Origin: Deltaproteobacteria bacterium
Lineage (GTDB): Bacteria > Myxococcota > Myxococcia > SLRQ01
Reading direction: 5' to 3'
Length of the DNA stretch: 64,000 bases
NCBI GenBank assembly: GCA_007130885.1
Contig: SLRQ01000005.1
Span: forward strand, 5,542-69,541
In this document: positions 36,243 to 46,444 of the stretch, piece after piece
Numbering within the stretch: position 1 is the stretch's first letter
Layout of the letters: the number at the start of each line of letters is the position of its first letter
Made by a program: the position numbers and the translations under genes
The notes under the pieces: model-generated
Databases searched by the model: none
What the model saw: the letters and a program-made list of their open reading frames with translations, nothing else
What the model was told of the DNA's origin: nothing

Positions 36243-37256
36243 GTGGCCGAAGACGAGTTCCTGCCCTTCTTGCAAGACGCGTCCCGGAATTGTGAATACA
36301 CTGCGCCCATGGAAAAGGTCCTCCTCCATCTTCTCGGTCTCCTCCCCACCAACGCTCTCTCGCGTGGCGTCGGCGGCATCCTTCGCGCTCCGTGGCCTCG
36401 TTCGGTACACCAGGCCGCCATCGGGGCCTTCGTCCACGCGCTCGAGGTGAACGTCGAGGAGGCCGAGCGCGATCTGTCCGACTACGATACCTTCACCGAC
36501 TTCTTCACCCGGCGCCTACGAGACGGCGCAAGACCGATCGATCGCTCCTCCGACTTCATCGTGTCTCCCTGCGACGGAACACTCGGAACCTGCGGCCGGG
36601 TGACCGACGGCATGCTCCTGCAGGCAAAGGGGCGGCCGTACTCGCTCGCCGATCTCCTCGGCGGCGTCGCATCTTCCAGACGATATGAGGGCGGTGACTA
36701 CCTCACCATCTACCTCGCGCCCTCCGACTATCACCGGGTTCACTTCCCGGTGGACGGTGAGGTGACCGAATCTCATCACCTGCCCGGCCGGCTCTGGCCG
36801 GTCAATCCACCGGCGGTGGAGCATGTATCCGACCTCTTCGCCGTGAACGAGAGGCTTGTCACTCACATGGACACGGCCGCCGGTTCCGTCGCCGTGGTCA
36901 TGGTCGGTGCAACTTGCGTGGGGCGAATCCGCATGCTTTACGACGAGGGCGTGACGAACCTAGGTGCGGATCTCGGTCGCAAAGACTACAGGCCTCCGAT
37001 AACCGTCGCCAAGGGCGATGAGCTGGGCGTCTTCGAGATGGGCTCCACCGTCATACTCGTCACCGGCCCTGGGGGCTGTGAGTTCGACGAATCTATCGGC
37101 GCCTCCGGTACCGGCGGGACCGAGCCCACGGGCAAGCGCCGGCCCTCGGACAGCCCCGAAGGATGGAGCGCCCGGATTGGGCTGCGTTCCTCCCGCGAGC
37201 CGGGCGGCAAGCTCCGAATGGGCATGCCCATCGCGCGTATGAACGAGGGATCCTGA
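36243..37256 (+). CDS. psd: phosphatidylserine decarboxylase proenzyme (short PSD type) with ~60-aa C-terminal low-complexity extension
   Basis: YLTIYLAPSDYHRVHFPVDGEV and the self-cleavage site context FEMGSTVILV (GST). Start uncertain; ATG at 36309 is possible. Confidence 0.75.
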   Translation: MAEDEFLPFLQDASRNCEYTAPMEKVLLHLLGLLPTNALSRGVGGILRAPWPRSVHQAAIGAFVHALEVNVEEAERDLSDYDTFTDFFTRRLRDGARPIDRSSDFIVSPCDGTLGTCGRVTDGMLLQAKGRPYSLADLLGGVASSRRYEGGDYLTIYLAPSDYHRVHFPVDGEVTESHHLPGRLWPVNPPAVEHVSDLFAVNERLVTHMDTAAGSVAVVMVGATCVGRIRMLYDEGVTNLGADLGRKDYRPPITVAKGDELGVFEMGSTVILVTGPGGCEFDESIGASGTGGTEPTGKRRPSDSPEGWSARIGLRSSREPGGKLRMGMPIARMNEGS

Positions 37257-37387
37257 TTCGGCGGTTGGAGATGCCAAGCAACTCATAAGTCGAAAGCTCG
37301 AACCTGGGGCATGAGCCCGTTTCGTTGACGGCTGGGGAGGCGTATGATAGCCGCCCGTCTTTTCAGTGAATTTGGGACATTACGCCA

Positions 37388-40033
37388 ATGAACACTCATC
37401 TGCCGACTCTCGGCACCGCTGACGTGCGGTTGCGCTTCCTTCGCTTCTTCGAGGAGCGGGGGCACACAGTGGTCCGTTCATCCTCTCTCGTTCCAGCCGG
37501 CGATCCGACGCTCCTTTTCACAAACGCCGGTATGAACCAGTTCAAGGACGTATTCCTTGGTAGGGAGCGGCGCGATTACCGCCGCGCGGTGAGCACGCAG
37601 AAGTGCCTCCGGGCGGGGGGAAAGCACAACGATCTAGAGGTGGTCGGCTTCACTGGCCGGCATCATACTTTCTTCGAGATGCTGGGAAACTTCTCCTTCG
37701 GCGACTACTTCAAGACGGAGGCGATCACGTTCGCCTGGCAGTTCCTCACAGAGGATCTGGGACTTCCGCCGGAGCGTCTTTGGGTCTCGGTCTTTCGCGA
37801 GGACGACGAGGCGGAGAGGATATGGCTGGAAGAGATCGGTGTGGCTCCCGAGCGCGTTGTGCGTCTCGGAGAGAAGGACAACTTCTGGCAGATGGGGGAG
37901 ACGGGCCCCTGCGGACCTTGCTCGGAGATCCATTACGATCAAAGCGATAAAGTCCAGTGTGAAATGGAGAAGTGCGCCGGCATCGAGTGCGAATGCGACA
38001 GGATTGTGGAGATCTGGAACCTGGTGTTCATGCAGTTCGATCGTGACGAGAGCGGTGTGATGCATCCCTTGCCCGCGCCCTCCATCGATACCGGAATGGG
38101 TCTGGAGAGGCTCGCTGCCGTGCTGCAAGGTAAGACGAGCAACTATGAGATAGACCTTTTTCGAGAGATCATCGCCACCATAGAGAATCTCACGGGGAAG
38201 GCCTACGATAGCGCCTCCAGTGATGACCGCATGTCCATGCGTGTAATCGCCGACCATTCGCGCGCGGCTTCATTTCTCGTGGCCGACGGCGTGCTCCCGG
38301 CCTCCGACGGGCGCGGCTACGTGCTGCGGCGGATAATGCGCCGGGCCATTCGGCACGGTAAGCGTCTAGGCCTCGAGGACCTGTTTCTTGGCCGGGTGTG
38401 CTCCATCGTCATCGACGCCATGGGAGATGCCTATCCGGAGCTTGTTGAGCAGCAGTCTCTCGTTCTCAAGGTGGCCGAGCAGGAAGAGGTTGCTTTCAGG
38501 CGGACCCTAGATAGGGGCTTGCGGCTGCTCGATGATGCATTGAGGGGTTTTTCGCCGGGCGATGTGCTTTCCGGCGAGGTCGTATTCAAGCTCTATGACA
38601 CCTATGGCTTCCCGCTGGATCTGACGCAGGTCATTTGCGGCGAGAGAGGTTGCTCTGTCGATTCCGAAGGCTTCGAGAGGTGCCTGCGGCGCCAGAGGGA
38701 GTCTAGTGCGTGGAGAGGCTCCGGAGCCGAGGTGGTGGGGAAGGCATACGAGACCTTGGCCGACGAGCATGGTGAGTCTCTTTTCGTGGGTCATGAGACT
38801 CTCGAGAGCCAAGCCAAGGTGCTTGCGTTGCTTCGCGATGGTGAGCCGGTGCAGCGGGCCGACAAAGGGCGCGTGGAGGTAGTGCTGGACAGGACGCCGT
38901 TCTACGCGGAAAGCGGAGGGCAGGTGGGGGATGCCGGCTTACTTGTGGATGGTCCCCTTCGGATGAAGGTCACCGCCACGAAGAAGAACGCGGGTCTTCA
39001 CGTTCACGTGGCCGAGCTGGAGGAAGGCGAGGTGTTCTCCGGACAGCGACTGACCGCGATCGTCGACGCCGAGCGTAGGCGCGCTATAGAGGCGAACCAC
39101 TCCGCCACGCACATTCTCCATAAAGCCTTGAGGGACGTGCTCGGCGATCATGTCAAACAAGCCGGCTCGCTTGTTTCCCCCGATCTTCTACGGTTCGATT
39201 ACACGACCTTCGAGCCGCCTTCGATTGGTGAGCTGGAGGAGGTCGAGCGGCGAGTAAATGCCTCGATCGTCGTTAATGAGCCGACCAGCGTCGATCTGCT
39301 CTCCTTCGACGAAGCTCGCCGGCGGGGCGCGATAGCGATCTTCGGCGAGAAGTACGCTGAATCAGTGCGCACCGTGGGGGTCGGGGGGGAATCGCTCGAG
39401 CTGTGCGGAGGCACCCACGTAGAGAGAAGCGGCGACATCGGGCTGTTTAGGATCATGAGCGATTCCGCCGTGGCGTCCGGGGTGCGGCGGATCGTGGCTC
39501 GAACCGGCCAGGCCGCGTTACGCCAATGCCAGGAGGAGGCCCGCCTGCTCCGGGAGATCGCGGGTGTCCTGAAGGTTTCTCCGAAGGAGGCCGGGCAAAA
39601 AGCCGAGCAGATGCAGCTGCGTTTGCGCGAGCTGGAGAAAGAGATTGACGCGCTCGAGAAGCGGCTGGCCACCTCTCGTAGCTCCGATGTCATGGAGGGG
39701 GTTCGCGAGGTTGCGGGGGTAAAGGTCTTGACTGTCCGTTCAGAGGTGGGCGACCCGAAGACTTTGCGGGATCTCGCCGATCGACTTCGAGACCGGCTGG
39801 GAGAAGGGGTGGTCGCCTTGGGCGCCGAAAGGGACGGAAAGGCGGTCCTCTTGGTGGCTGTCACAAAGGGGCTGGTCGCCAGAGTGAGGGCATCCGATAT
39901 CGTAAAGGAGATAGCCCCCATCGTAAGTGGCCGCGGGGGAGGTAAGCCCGACATGGCGCAGGCCGGGGGTGATGCTCCAGAATCGCTAGACGCGGCGCTA
40001 GCCCGGGTTTACGAGATCATACCGCCAGGATAG
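37388..40033 (+). CDS. alaS: alanine--tRNA ligase
   Basis: Class II motifs: FTNAGMNQFK, the WQMGETGPCGPCSEIHYD zinc/editing region, and C-terminal DHHA1. 881 aa. Confidence 0.95.
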   Translation: MNTHLPTLGTADVRLRFLRFFEERGHTVVRSSSLVPAGDPTLLFTNAGMNQFKDVFLGRERRDYRRAVSTQKCLRAGGKHNDLEVVGFTGRHHTFFEMLGNFSFGDYFKTEAITFAWQFLTEDLGLPPERLWVSVFREDDEAERIWLEEIGVAPERVVRLGEKDNFWQMGETGPCGPCSEIHYDQSDKVQCEMEKCAGIECECDRIVEIWNLVFMQFDRDESGVMHPLPAPSIDTGMGLERLAAVLQGKTSNYEIDLFREIIATIENLTGKAYDSASSDDRMSMRVIADHSRAASFLVADGVLPASDGRGYVLRRIMRRAIRHGKRLGLEDLFLGRVCSIVIDAMGDAYPELVEQQSLVLKVAEQEEVAFRRTLDRGLRLLDDALRGFSPGDVLSGEVVFKLYDTYGFPLDLTQVICGERGCSVDSEGFERCLRRQRESSAWRGSGAEVVGKAYETLADEHGESLFVGHETLESQAKVLALLRDGEPVQRADKGRVEVVLDRTPFYAESGGQVGDAGLLVDGPLRMKVTATKKNAGLHVHVAELEEGEVFSGQRLTAIVDAERRRAIEANHSATHILHKALRDVLGDHVKQAGSLVSPDLLRFDYTTFEPPSIGELEEVERRVNASIVVNEPTSVDLLSFDEARRRGAIAIFGEKYAESVRTVGVGGESLELCGGTHVERSGDIGLFRIMSDSAVASGVRRIVARTGQAALRQCQEEARLLREIAGVLKVSPKEAGQKAEQMQLRLRELEKEIDALEKRLATSRSSDVMEGVREVAGVKVLTVRSEVGDPKTLRDLADRLRDRLGEGVVALGAERDGKAVLLVAVTKGLVARVRASDIVKEIAPIVSGRGGGKPDMAQAGGDAPESLDAALARVYEIIPPG

Positions 40034-40038
40034 TAGCG

Positions 40039-40554
40039 CTATTCTTCTTGGAGGAGCTCCTCCATGGCTCGTCTTCGCTCATGTGGCACAGCCTCCATGA
40101 CGCGTTGGCATTCCTCGTGGTTATCCATCGCGTAAGCTATGTCCATGCACCTTTGAGCATCTTGTGGGAGTTGCTCGCATGCCTGGATGAAACGCTCGCG
40201 TGAGGGTAAATCCTGTGCGGCTTCCTCGCCGAGGCTGTCGACCAGTGAGTCGCGCATTGCCACCATGGAGTTGTATGAACGCTCGCACGGTGAGTCTCCC
40301 ACCGACGCGGCTATGGCGGCGGCCAGCGCCTGGTCCAGCGCCGCATGCAGCTCCTCCTCGGTCAGTGTCTCCAAAGAAGGCTCGGATTCGGACGTCTTTC
40401 GCATGGGGGTGGACGGTTCCTCTGTCTCTAAAGACCGAGGATTGCTTGCAATTTCAGTCTCTTGCCCGACGTCGTTTCTTTTGTCTCCGTGTGCGCAGGC
40501 TGCCGCGGAAACGACGGCGAGAGCGAGGACAAACAAGAACATGGAATTCCTCAT
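40039..40554 (-). CDS. hypothetical secreted Cys-containing protein
   Basis: Signal MRNSMFLFVLALAVVSAAACA. Acidic with 6 Cys. No family recognised. Confidence 0.4.
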   Translation of the reverse strand: MRNSMFLFVLALAVVSAAACAHGDKRNDVGQETEIASNPRSLETEEPSTPMRKTSESEPSLETLTEEELHAALDQALAAAIAASVGDSPCERSYNSMVAMRDSLVDSLGEEAAQDLPSRERFIQACEQLPQDAQRCMDIAYAMDNHEECQRVMEAVPHERRRAMEELLQEE

Positions 40555-40851
40555 ATCAGTAGGCTCCCCGGGCCGCGGAGAACTCGCAGTCCTGCTTTTA
40601 GAGCGTCCCCCCTCGACGGCCCCGCTAAGAGTTCCTCGAATTGCTTCGGGCCTCTCTTTCGAGCATGCGCACGAGAACGCTGGAAGTCAGTAGGTAGCCT
40701 GACCCCGGTGTTCCGTGCTTCCGCGCACGGAATTAGCCGCACGGGGCACTAGAGCTTCGAGTCGACGAGCCGACCGGTGGCTTGACACCGCTTTCTCTTG
40801 GGGCTTTGGTAACGGGTAGGGAATGTGAGTGACCGCAACCGATAGGACACG

Positions 40852-41322
40852 ATGAAGAGCTCTTCCGTAGAAAGACAAATGGGGCCGATTGACGTCGACT
40901 TCATGATGGATCGGTTCGTGACTGCTTGCCGAGAGCGGGGTTTTTCCGTTACCCCTCAACGGCTGGCTCTTTATCGGGCGCTATTGGGAAACAGAGGCCA
41001 CCCCACTCCGGAGATGCTGTTCGCCGAGGTAAGGGAGCAGATGCCCACTCTCTCGCTGGCCACCGTCTACAAAGCTATTGATACCTTCAAGGAGATGGAC
41101 CTCATAAGAGAGCTTCGCGTGCCGGAGGATCACCGAATGCGGCTTGATGCGGACATGAGGCGTCATCACCATCTTGTCTGTGTGCGGTGCCGCGAGGTGA
41201 TGGATCTACATCTGGACCTGGCTGGAGATCTTTCCTTTCCACCGGACTCCGTCTCGGGCTTCGAGGTGCACTCATTTACTGTGCAGCTCTCGGGAGTCTG
41301 CTCGGAGTGTAAGAGCGACTAA
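40852..41322 (+). CDS. Fur-family transcriptional regulator (Fur/Zur/PerR)
   Basis: Winged helix followed by HHHLVCVRCREV....CSEC metal-binding Cys/His pairs. Confidence 0.8.
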   Translation: MKSSSVERQMGPIDVDFMMDRFVTACRERGFSVTPQRLALYRALLGNRGHPTPEMLFAEVREQMPTLSLATVYKAIDTFKEMDLIRELRVPEDHRMRLDADMRRHHHLVCVRCREVMDLHLDLAGDLSFPPDSVSGFEVHSFTVQLSGVCSECKSD

Positions 41323-41338
41323 ACGACCTATGGACCGT

Positions 41339-42187
41339 TTAGGAGCTCTTCTTGGAGGGGAATGACAGGGTCATGCCCTCTCGAGCGGCGATGGTGCTGC
41401 TTAGTTCGTCTTTCGCCGCTTTTTCGATTAGCGCCAAGTCCTGGTCGCTCCGCTCGGGAAGATGGTGGAACAGGATTAGCTTGCCAACCCCGGCTTTCTT
41501 GGCAATGGACGAGCCGACCTGCCATGTCGAGTGGCCCCATCCCACATGGTCTTCATACTCTTTGTCCGTATACGTCGCGTCGTACACTAGGGCGTCGGCG
41601 CCCATGGCCAGCTCCGCAAGCTGTGCGTCGAGTGCCGGATCCGGCTCGGTGTCCGTTGCATAAACCAAGGATCTCCCCCCGTAGTCCAGCCGGTAGGCCA
41701 GTGCATTACCAGGATGGTTGAGGCGACAGGCAGTCACCTCGACGCCTCCTACCTCGGTCGTTTGGCCCGGAGAGAACGGTTGAACCGAGGTCGTGGCCTT
41801 TCCATGGGTTTTGATGCTGACAGGGAAGTAGGGTTGAATGGTTTGATTCGAGAGGATCTCAAGTACATCCTTCCCGTTTCTCGATTCCCCGTAGATGTGA
41901 ATCTTGTTGTCGGGCAGGTAGATGGGGGCGAAGAAAGGCAGCCCCATGATGTGGTCCCAGTGGTAGTGGGACAAAAGCAGGTGCGCCTCTATGGGCTGCC
42001 GCTTCTTCAAGTGGTTTCCGAGGGCCCGCAGTCCGCTGCCGGCATCGAGGATCAAGAGCTTGTCGCCGGCCCATACCTCGACGCACGAGGTGTTTCCTCC
42101 GTGAAGGGAGGTCTCCGCCCCCGGGGAAGGTAGGGAGCCGCGCGTGCCCCAGAAGCGAATAGTGAGGTCGGCGTTCTTGGTGGTCAT
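41339..42187 (-). CDS. MBL-fold metallo-hydrolase
   Basis: HYHWDH metal-binding motif, plus downstream His/Asp residues. Confidence 0.7.
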   Translation of the reverse strand: MTTKNADLTIRFWGTRGSLPSPGAETSLHGGNTSCVEVWAGDKLLILDAGSGLRALGNHLKKRQPIEAHLLLSHYHWDHIMGLPFFAPIYLPDNKIHIYGESRNGKDVLEILSNQTIQPYFPVSIKTHGKATTSVQPFSPGQTTEVGGVEVTACRLNHPGNALAYRLDYGGRSLVYATDTEPDPALDAQLAELAMGADALVYDATYTDKEYEDHVGWGHSTWQVGSSIAKKAGVGKLILFHHLPERSDQDLALIEKAAKDELSSTIAAREGMTLSFPSKKSS

Positions 42188-42673
42188 GCAGGGCCTTGCC
42201 TGTGTCTGCTCGGTTAATGCTCACCCCAGTGAAAGCACTTGGGTGGCCTGATGGGACGCGCGGCCACGGTTACCGCGAGCATTGGCGGTAAACCTGGATT
42301 TCGGCTTACCGACGCACTGGCCCCGGTAGGACAAAAAGCCGTTATGGCGAAGGAATGATATGGCACGTCTCAAGTGTAAACGCTTGGTGGGTAACGGTAC
42401 AAAAAAGAAGTCGCTTTTTATTTTGGGCGGCAGCGCCAAAGCACTTCATTTCGTTCACGGTTTTCCGCGTCGTTCCGTGACGTGGATCACATCGGCACGC
42501 GCGAAATGCCCCCTCGGACATCGTCGATGAGCGTCGCCGATCCGGGTGTGCCGGGCCTGGACTCGAAATTTTTATGGGGGCCAACGCGCATAATCTGGGA
42601 ATAGTCTCCCCGGCGAACCGTTCTCCATTGTGGAGAGCGAGACAAACACTCACCCCTCGCGCCTTCCTTCATC

Positions 42674-43573
42674 ATGAGCACGCCACTAAGTGAAGATCGA
42701 GATTATCTCCGTTATATCAAGGAGATACAAAGATACGAGCTCCTCACTCCAGAGCAAGAGCGGGAACTGGCGGAAAAAGCCGGAAAAGGTGACGAGCGCG
42801 CTTTCGACACCTTGGTAACCGCCAATCTGCGTTTTGTCGTAAAGGTTGCACTCCAATATAGGGGTTACGGGTTCAAACCACTCGACCTGATTCAGGAAGG
42901 CAACCTAGGTCTGATGCAGGCGGTGAAGAAGTTCGATCCCGAGCGAGGTTTTAGGCTGGTTACCTACGCGGTACATTGGATTCGAGCTTATATTCGCGCG
43001 TATATACTGCGTCACTGGAGCATGGTTAGGGTCGGTACTACCCACGCGGAGAGGCGCCTGTTTTATAGAATACCCAAAGCAAGGCGCGAGCTTGCCGCCA
43101 AGGCGCAGGCAGGTGATCCGCAGGAGGTCCTGGAGGCTCTTGCCCGTCATCTGAAGGCTACCGAGGAGGAGGTCGCCAGCGCCGAGCGCCGCATCTACGG
43201 TAGGGACGTCTCGCTAGCCACACCGCTGGCTTCGGCGGAGGGTGAGAGAACCCTTGAAGAGGTCATTCCCGACGAGAGCGTCGAGCCTCACGACGTGCGC
43301 ATAATGGACGAGCTCGAGCAGGTGGCTGTTCGCGCCGCTGTCGATCGCGCCCTGGAAGAGCTTGGTGGGCGAGAGCAGTACATCATCCGCCGCCGCTTTC
43401 TGAATCATGAGAAAGTAACCCTCCAGGAGATAGGGGATGAGCTGGGCTTGTCTAGAGAGCGAGTTCGCCAGTTGGAGTCGGTCGCAAAGGAGCGGCTCGA
43501 GCGCAAGCTTCGTGAAGACGATGCTCGACTTCTGGAGGACACCCTCGAGACGAGCCTCGAGATGCCTTCTTGA
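42674..43573 (+). CDS. RNA polymerase sigma-70 family factor, RpoH-like
   Basis: Region 2 DLIQEGNLGLMQAVKKFDPERGF. An RpoH-box-like HAERRLFYRIPKAR. Region 4 HTH LQEIGDELGLSRERVRQLE. Confidence 0.7.
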   Translation: MSTPLSEDRDYLRYIKEIQRYELLTPEQERELAEKAGKGDERAFDTLVTANLRFVVKVALQYRGYGFKPLDLIQEGNLGLMQAVKKFDPERGFRLVTYAVHWIRAYIRAYILRHWSMVRVGTTHAERRLFYRIPKARRELAAKAQAGDPQEVLEALARHLKATEEEVASAERRIYGRDVSLATPLASAEGERTLEEVIPDESVEPHDVRIMDELEQVAVRAAVDRALEELGGREQYIIRRRFLNHEKVTLQEIGDELGLSRERVRQLESVAKERLERKLREDDARLLEDTLETSLEMPS

Positions 43574-43822
43574 CGATCTCCACTCATTTCCGGCCACATC
43601 CAGTTCGGCGGCATCGATGCCGGCAAGGTTCCAAAGCGCATCGCCCAGCAACTCCTCGACAGGCAAGAGGTGGCACTCCATAAGGACATCTACAAGTGCT
43701 CAAGGGACGGACATCTATGAGCGCTCGTCACAATTCGTGCTGAAGATTCGTGCTGAAGAGCTTGTCACGGCGCCGGCAAGGTGCGACCGTGCCGGATGAA
43801 GGCGTTGTGCCAAGGAGTCGTC

Positions 43823-44266
43823 ATGGAAGGTCAACGAATCTTTTCGGTAGAGGAGGCAAACGAGCTCGTGCCGTTGCTGTCCTTGGAGTTCGAGCGCATT
43901 CACCGGTTGCGCCGGCTCGTGGGGGACCACTTCGAGATACTTCAAGCTCATGGAATCGAACTGGATCCTGCTCAGCCGCTGGATGTTCAGGAAGTTCCCA
44001 AGGAGTGCCGCGCTCAGGCGGCCCGATTAGTGCAAATGGTGAGGCAGATAGGCAGCTCTATCGAGCGCATGAATGAAGCCGGCTGCCTGGTAAAGGATCT
44101 CGATGTGGGTCTCGTGGACTTCTACTCCGTGGTCGATGGAGAACCGGTCTTCCTTTGCTGGCAGTATGGCGAGCCCGATGTAAGTCATTTCCATGGCTTG
44201 AATGAGGGGTTTCGTGCTCGCAAGAAGCTCGAGGGCGAAAAGCGGAGTGGTGTCGTGTATAATTAG
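43823..44266 (+). CDS. DUF2203-like hypothetical protein
   Basis: MEGQRIFSVEEANELVPLLSLEFERIHRL... 18 bp upstream of ribA. Confidence 0.45.
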   Translation: MEGQRIFSVEEANELVPLLSLEFERIHRLRRLVGDHFEILQAHGIELDPAQPLDVQEVPKECRAQAARLVQMVRQIGSSIERMNEAGCLVKDLDVGLVDFYSVVDGEPVFLCWQYGEPDVSHFHGLNEGFRARKKLEGEKRSGVVYN

Positions 44267-44284
44267 GGGTTCCCGCGAATCGCC

Positions 44285-44956
44285 ATGACCAATCGTGTCG
44301 AAATTCTTGCCGAGACTCCGCTGCCCACGGCACGCGGCGAGTTCAATTGCATCGCCTTCCGGTACATCGAGGACCCGGATAGCGTTCATATCGCGCTCGT
44401 CTTCGGCGAGCCGGCCGAACATAGAGGCGTGCCCGTAAGGGTGCACTCCGAGTGCTTCACGGGAGAGGTTTTGCACTCGGCGAAATGTGACTGTCGTCAC
44501 CAGCTGCTTGCGGCGCTAGAGCACGTCTCGGAGCACGGCTTTGGAATCGTCGTCTACTTGCGGCAGGAGGGGCGAGGTATCGGCCTCGTGGACAAGCTGC
44601 GTGCTTACGCAGTTCAGCAGTCCGAGGGTCTGGATACGGTAGACGCGAATCGCCGGTTGGGTCTCCCCGATGACGCAAGATCCTATGATGCCGCGGCCGC
44701 CATTCTACTCAATCTCGGGGTTACGTCCGTGGTGCTTCTTACCAACAACCCCGATAAAGTCGAAGGGCTCGAACGCGCCGGCATCGAAGTTATGGGCCGC
44801 GTGCCGGTAGTTGCCGCATCGACCGAGCAGGCGCGCTTCTATCTTGCCACCAAGGTAGCGAGGATGGGGCACTTGGTCGAGTCCACCACCCCTGAGACGG
44901 CAGACGAGCCTGTGGCCGAGGTTGATGAGGACTCACCCGGAGAATCGGTCGCCTGA
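44285..44956 (+). CDS. ribA: GTP cyclohydrolase II
   Basis: VRVHSECFTGEVLHSAKCDCRHQL (zinc Cys triad) and LRQEGRGIGLVDKLRAY. Confidence 0.85.
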   Translation: MTNRVEILAETPLPTARGEFNCIAFRYIEDPDSVHIALVFGEPAEHRGVPVRVHSECFTGEVLHSAKCDCRHQLLAALEHVSEHGFGIVVYLRQEGRGIGLVDKLRAYAVQQSEGLDTVDANRRLGLPDDARSYDAAAAILLNLGVTSVVLLTNNPDKVEGLERAGIEVMGRVPVVAASTEQARFYLATKVARMGHLVESTTPETADEPVAEVDEDSPGESVA

Positions 44957-45009
44957 CCCGAGTGGGGTGGGGTTTCGCCGCGGCTTTCGCTTCAAGGCTA
45001 GGCGGAAGA

Positions 45010-46431
45010 TTACGGCAGGAAAATCTTGCCCGGGTTCAGGAGATCTTCAGGGTCAAAGAGATTCTTCAGGCCGCGTTGAAGGGCTATCAAGGGAGAGGAC
45101 TGTTCCCAGGGAAGATAATCGCGCTTGATGAGCCCGATCCCATGCTCGCTTGTTATGGTCCCCCCAAGGCTGACGGCGTCCCTGTAGACGCCCTCCGCGG
45201 CCTTTGTGACCGCCGGCCATGCGCTCTCATCGTTGAAGAGCAGGTTCACGTGGAGGCTGCCATCGCCGGCGTGACCGTACGTGGAGCATGCTATCTCGGA
45301 CTGTTCGGCTCGCCTGTGAACGAGCTCGACCAACCTCGGAACATGGTCCAGGGGAACGGCGACGTCCTCCGCGTACTTCATTCCCCACTTCTCGCGGAGC
45401 GAAGGAGACATTACACGCCGGCTTTCCCAGAGGTCTCTTCGCTCGCTGTTGTTCTTTGCGACGAGCACCAACGATGCACCAAGACGTGCCTGAGCCATCT
45501 CACCGATCTCCGCCAGCTCGGAGAAGACCGCTTCCCTGTCCGTCCCGTCCAGCTCCAAAATGACGGCATTCTGATTGCCTTCCGGGAAGCGAAACGGTGC
45601 CGCCCCTCTCACCGCGTCGACGGCGACATGGTCCATCATTTCCAACGCACGAGGATTGTGTCCCGCCCGCATGATGGCGACTACCGCTCGGCTTGCTAGG
45701 TCCACGCCGGGGAACAGCATCAGCGCCGTCTCGACATGGGGTGGGCGCGGCAAAAGCCGAACGGTAATCTGGGTCATGATCGCGAGGGTGCCTTCGCTGC
45801 CACAGATGAGGGAGGTCAGATCGTAGCCGGCTACTCCCTTGAGCGAGCGTCCCCCGGTGCGGAGCAGCCGCCCGCTGGGCAGCACCATCTCGAGGCCTAG
45901 CACCTGATTTCGCGTGCAACCATACTTCGGGTTGCGTGCTCCGGAGGCATTGGTGGCAACGTTGCCGCCAATGTGGCAGGAGTCGAGAGAACTCGGGTCT
46001 GGAGGGTAAAAGAGTCCCTCGGCCTCCACGGCTTCATGGAGGTCCCCTGTAATCACACCGGGTTCGACCGTGGCGGTCATGCTTCCGGGGTCCACCGACA
46101 AAATGCGATTCATGGACTCCAGCGAAAGCACCAGACCACCCTCTATGGCCAGGCAGCCGCCGGCTCTTCCCGTTCCCCCTCCACGCGGCACCACCGGTAC
46201 ACCGCAACGCATGGCGGCTTCCAAGGTGGTCGAAACGTGCTGGGTAGACAGAGGTCTTACCAGGAGCTGAGGAGGGTAGGATCCCGCTCCGGACTCGTCC
46301 TGGGCGTAGCTCTCCAGAATGTCGGAGTCCCGAATCACGCGACCCGAAGGAAGTGCTTTGGCGAGCTCGTCGTAAAGCTTCCCTACGGCCTCGCGCGAGG
46401 CTCTAAGTCTTTGAGGGGGTGGGTTGAACAT
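45010..46431 (-). CDS. FAD-linked oxidase (GlcD/D-lactate dehydrogenase family)
   Basis: FAD_binding_4 region PRGGGTGRAGG...EPGVITGDL with a C-terminal FAD-oxidase_C domain. 473 aa. Confidence 0.8.
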   Translation of the reverse strand: MFNPPPQRLRASREAVGKLYDELAKALPSGRVIRDSDILESYAQDESGAGSYPPQLLVRPLSTQHVSTTLEAAMRCGVPVVPRGGGTGRAGGCLAIEGGLVLSLESMNRILSVDPGSMTATVEPGVITGDLHEAVEAEGLFYPPDPSSLDSCHIGGNVATNASGARNPKYGCTRNQVLGLEMVLPSGRLLRTGGRSLKGVAGYDLTSLICGSEGTLAIMTQITVRLLPRPPHVETALMLFPGVDLASRAVVAIMRAGHNPRALEMMDHVAVDAVRGAAPFRFPEGNQNAVILELDGTDREAVFSELAEIGEMAQARLGASLVLVAKNNSERRDLWESRRVMSPSLREKWGMKYAEDVAVPLDHVPRLVELVHRRAEQSEIACSTYGHAGDGSLHVNLLFNDESAWPAVTKAAEGVYRDAVSLGGTITSEHGIGLIKRDYLPWEQSSPLIALQRGLKNLFDPEDLLNPGKIFLP

Positions 46432-46444
46432 CGAGGTTGCTGGT

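Noticed and set aside
42221-42681. Three small minus-strand ORFs (72-103 aa) in the AT-rich intergenic region
   Set aside because: They overlap one another, have no RBS and give low-complexity products. The region is better treated as regulatory.
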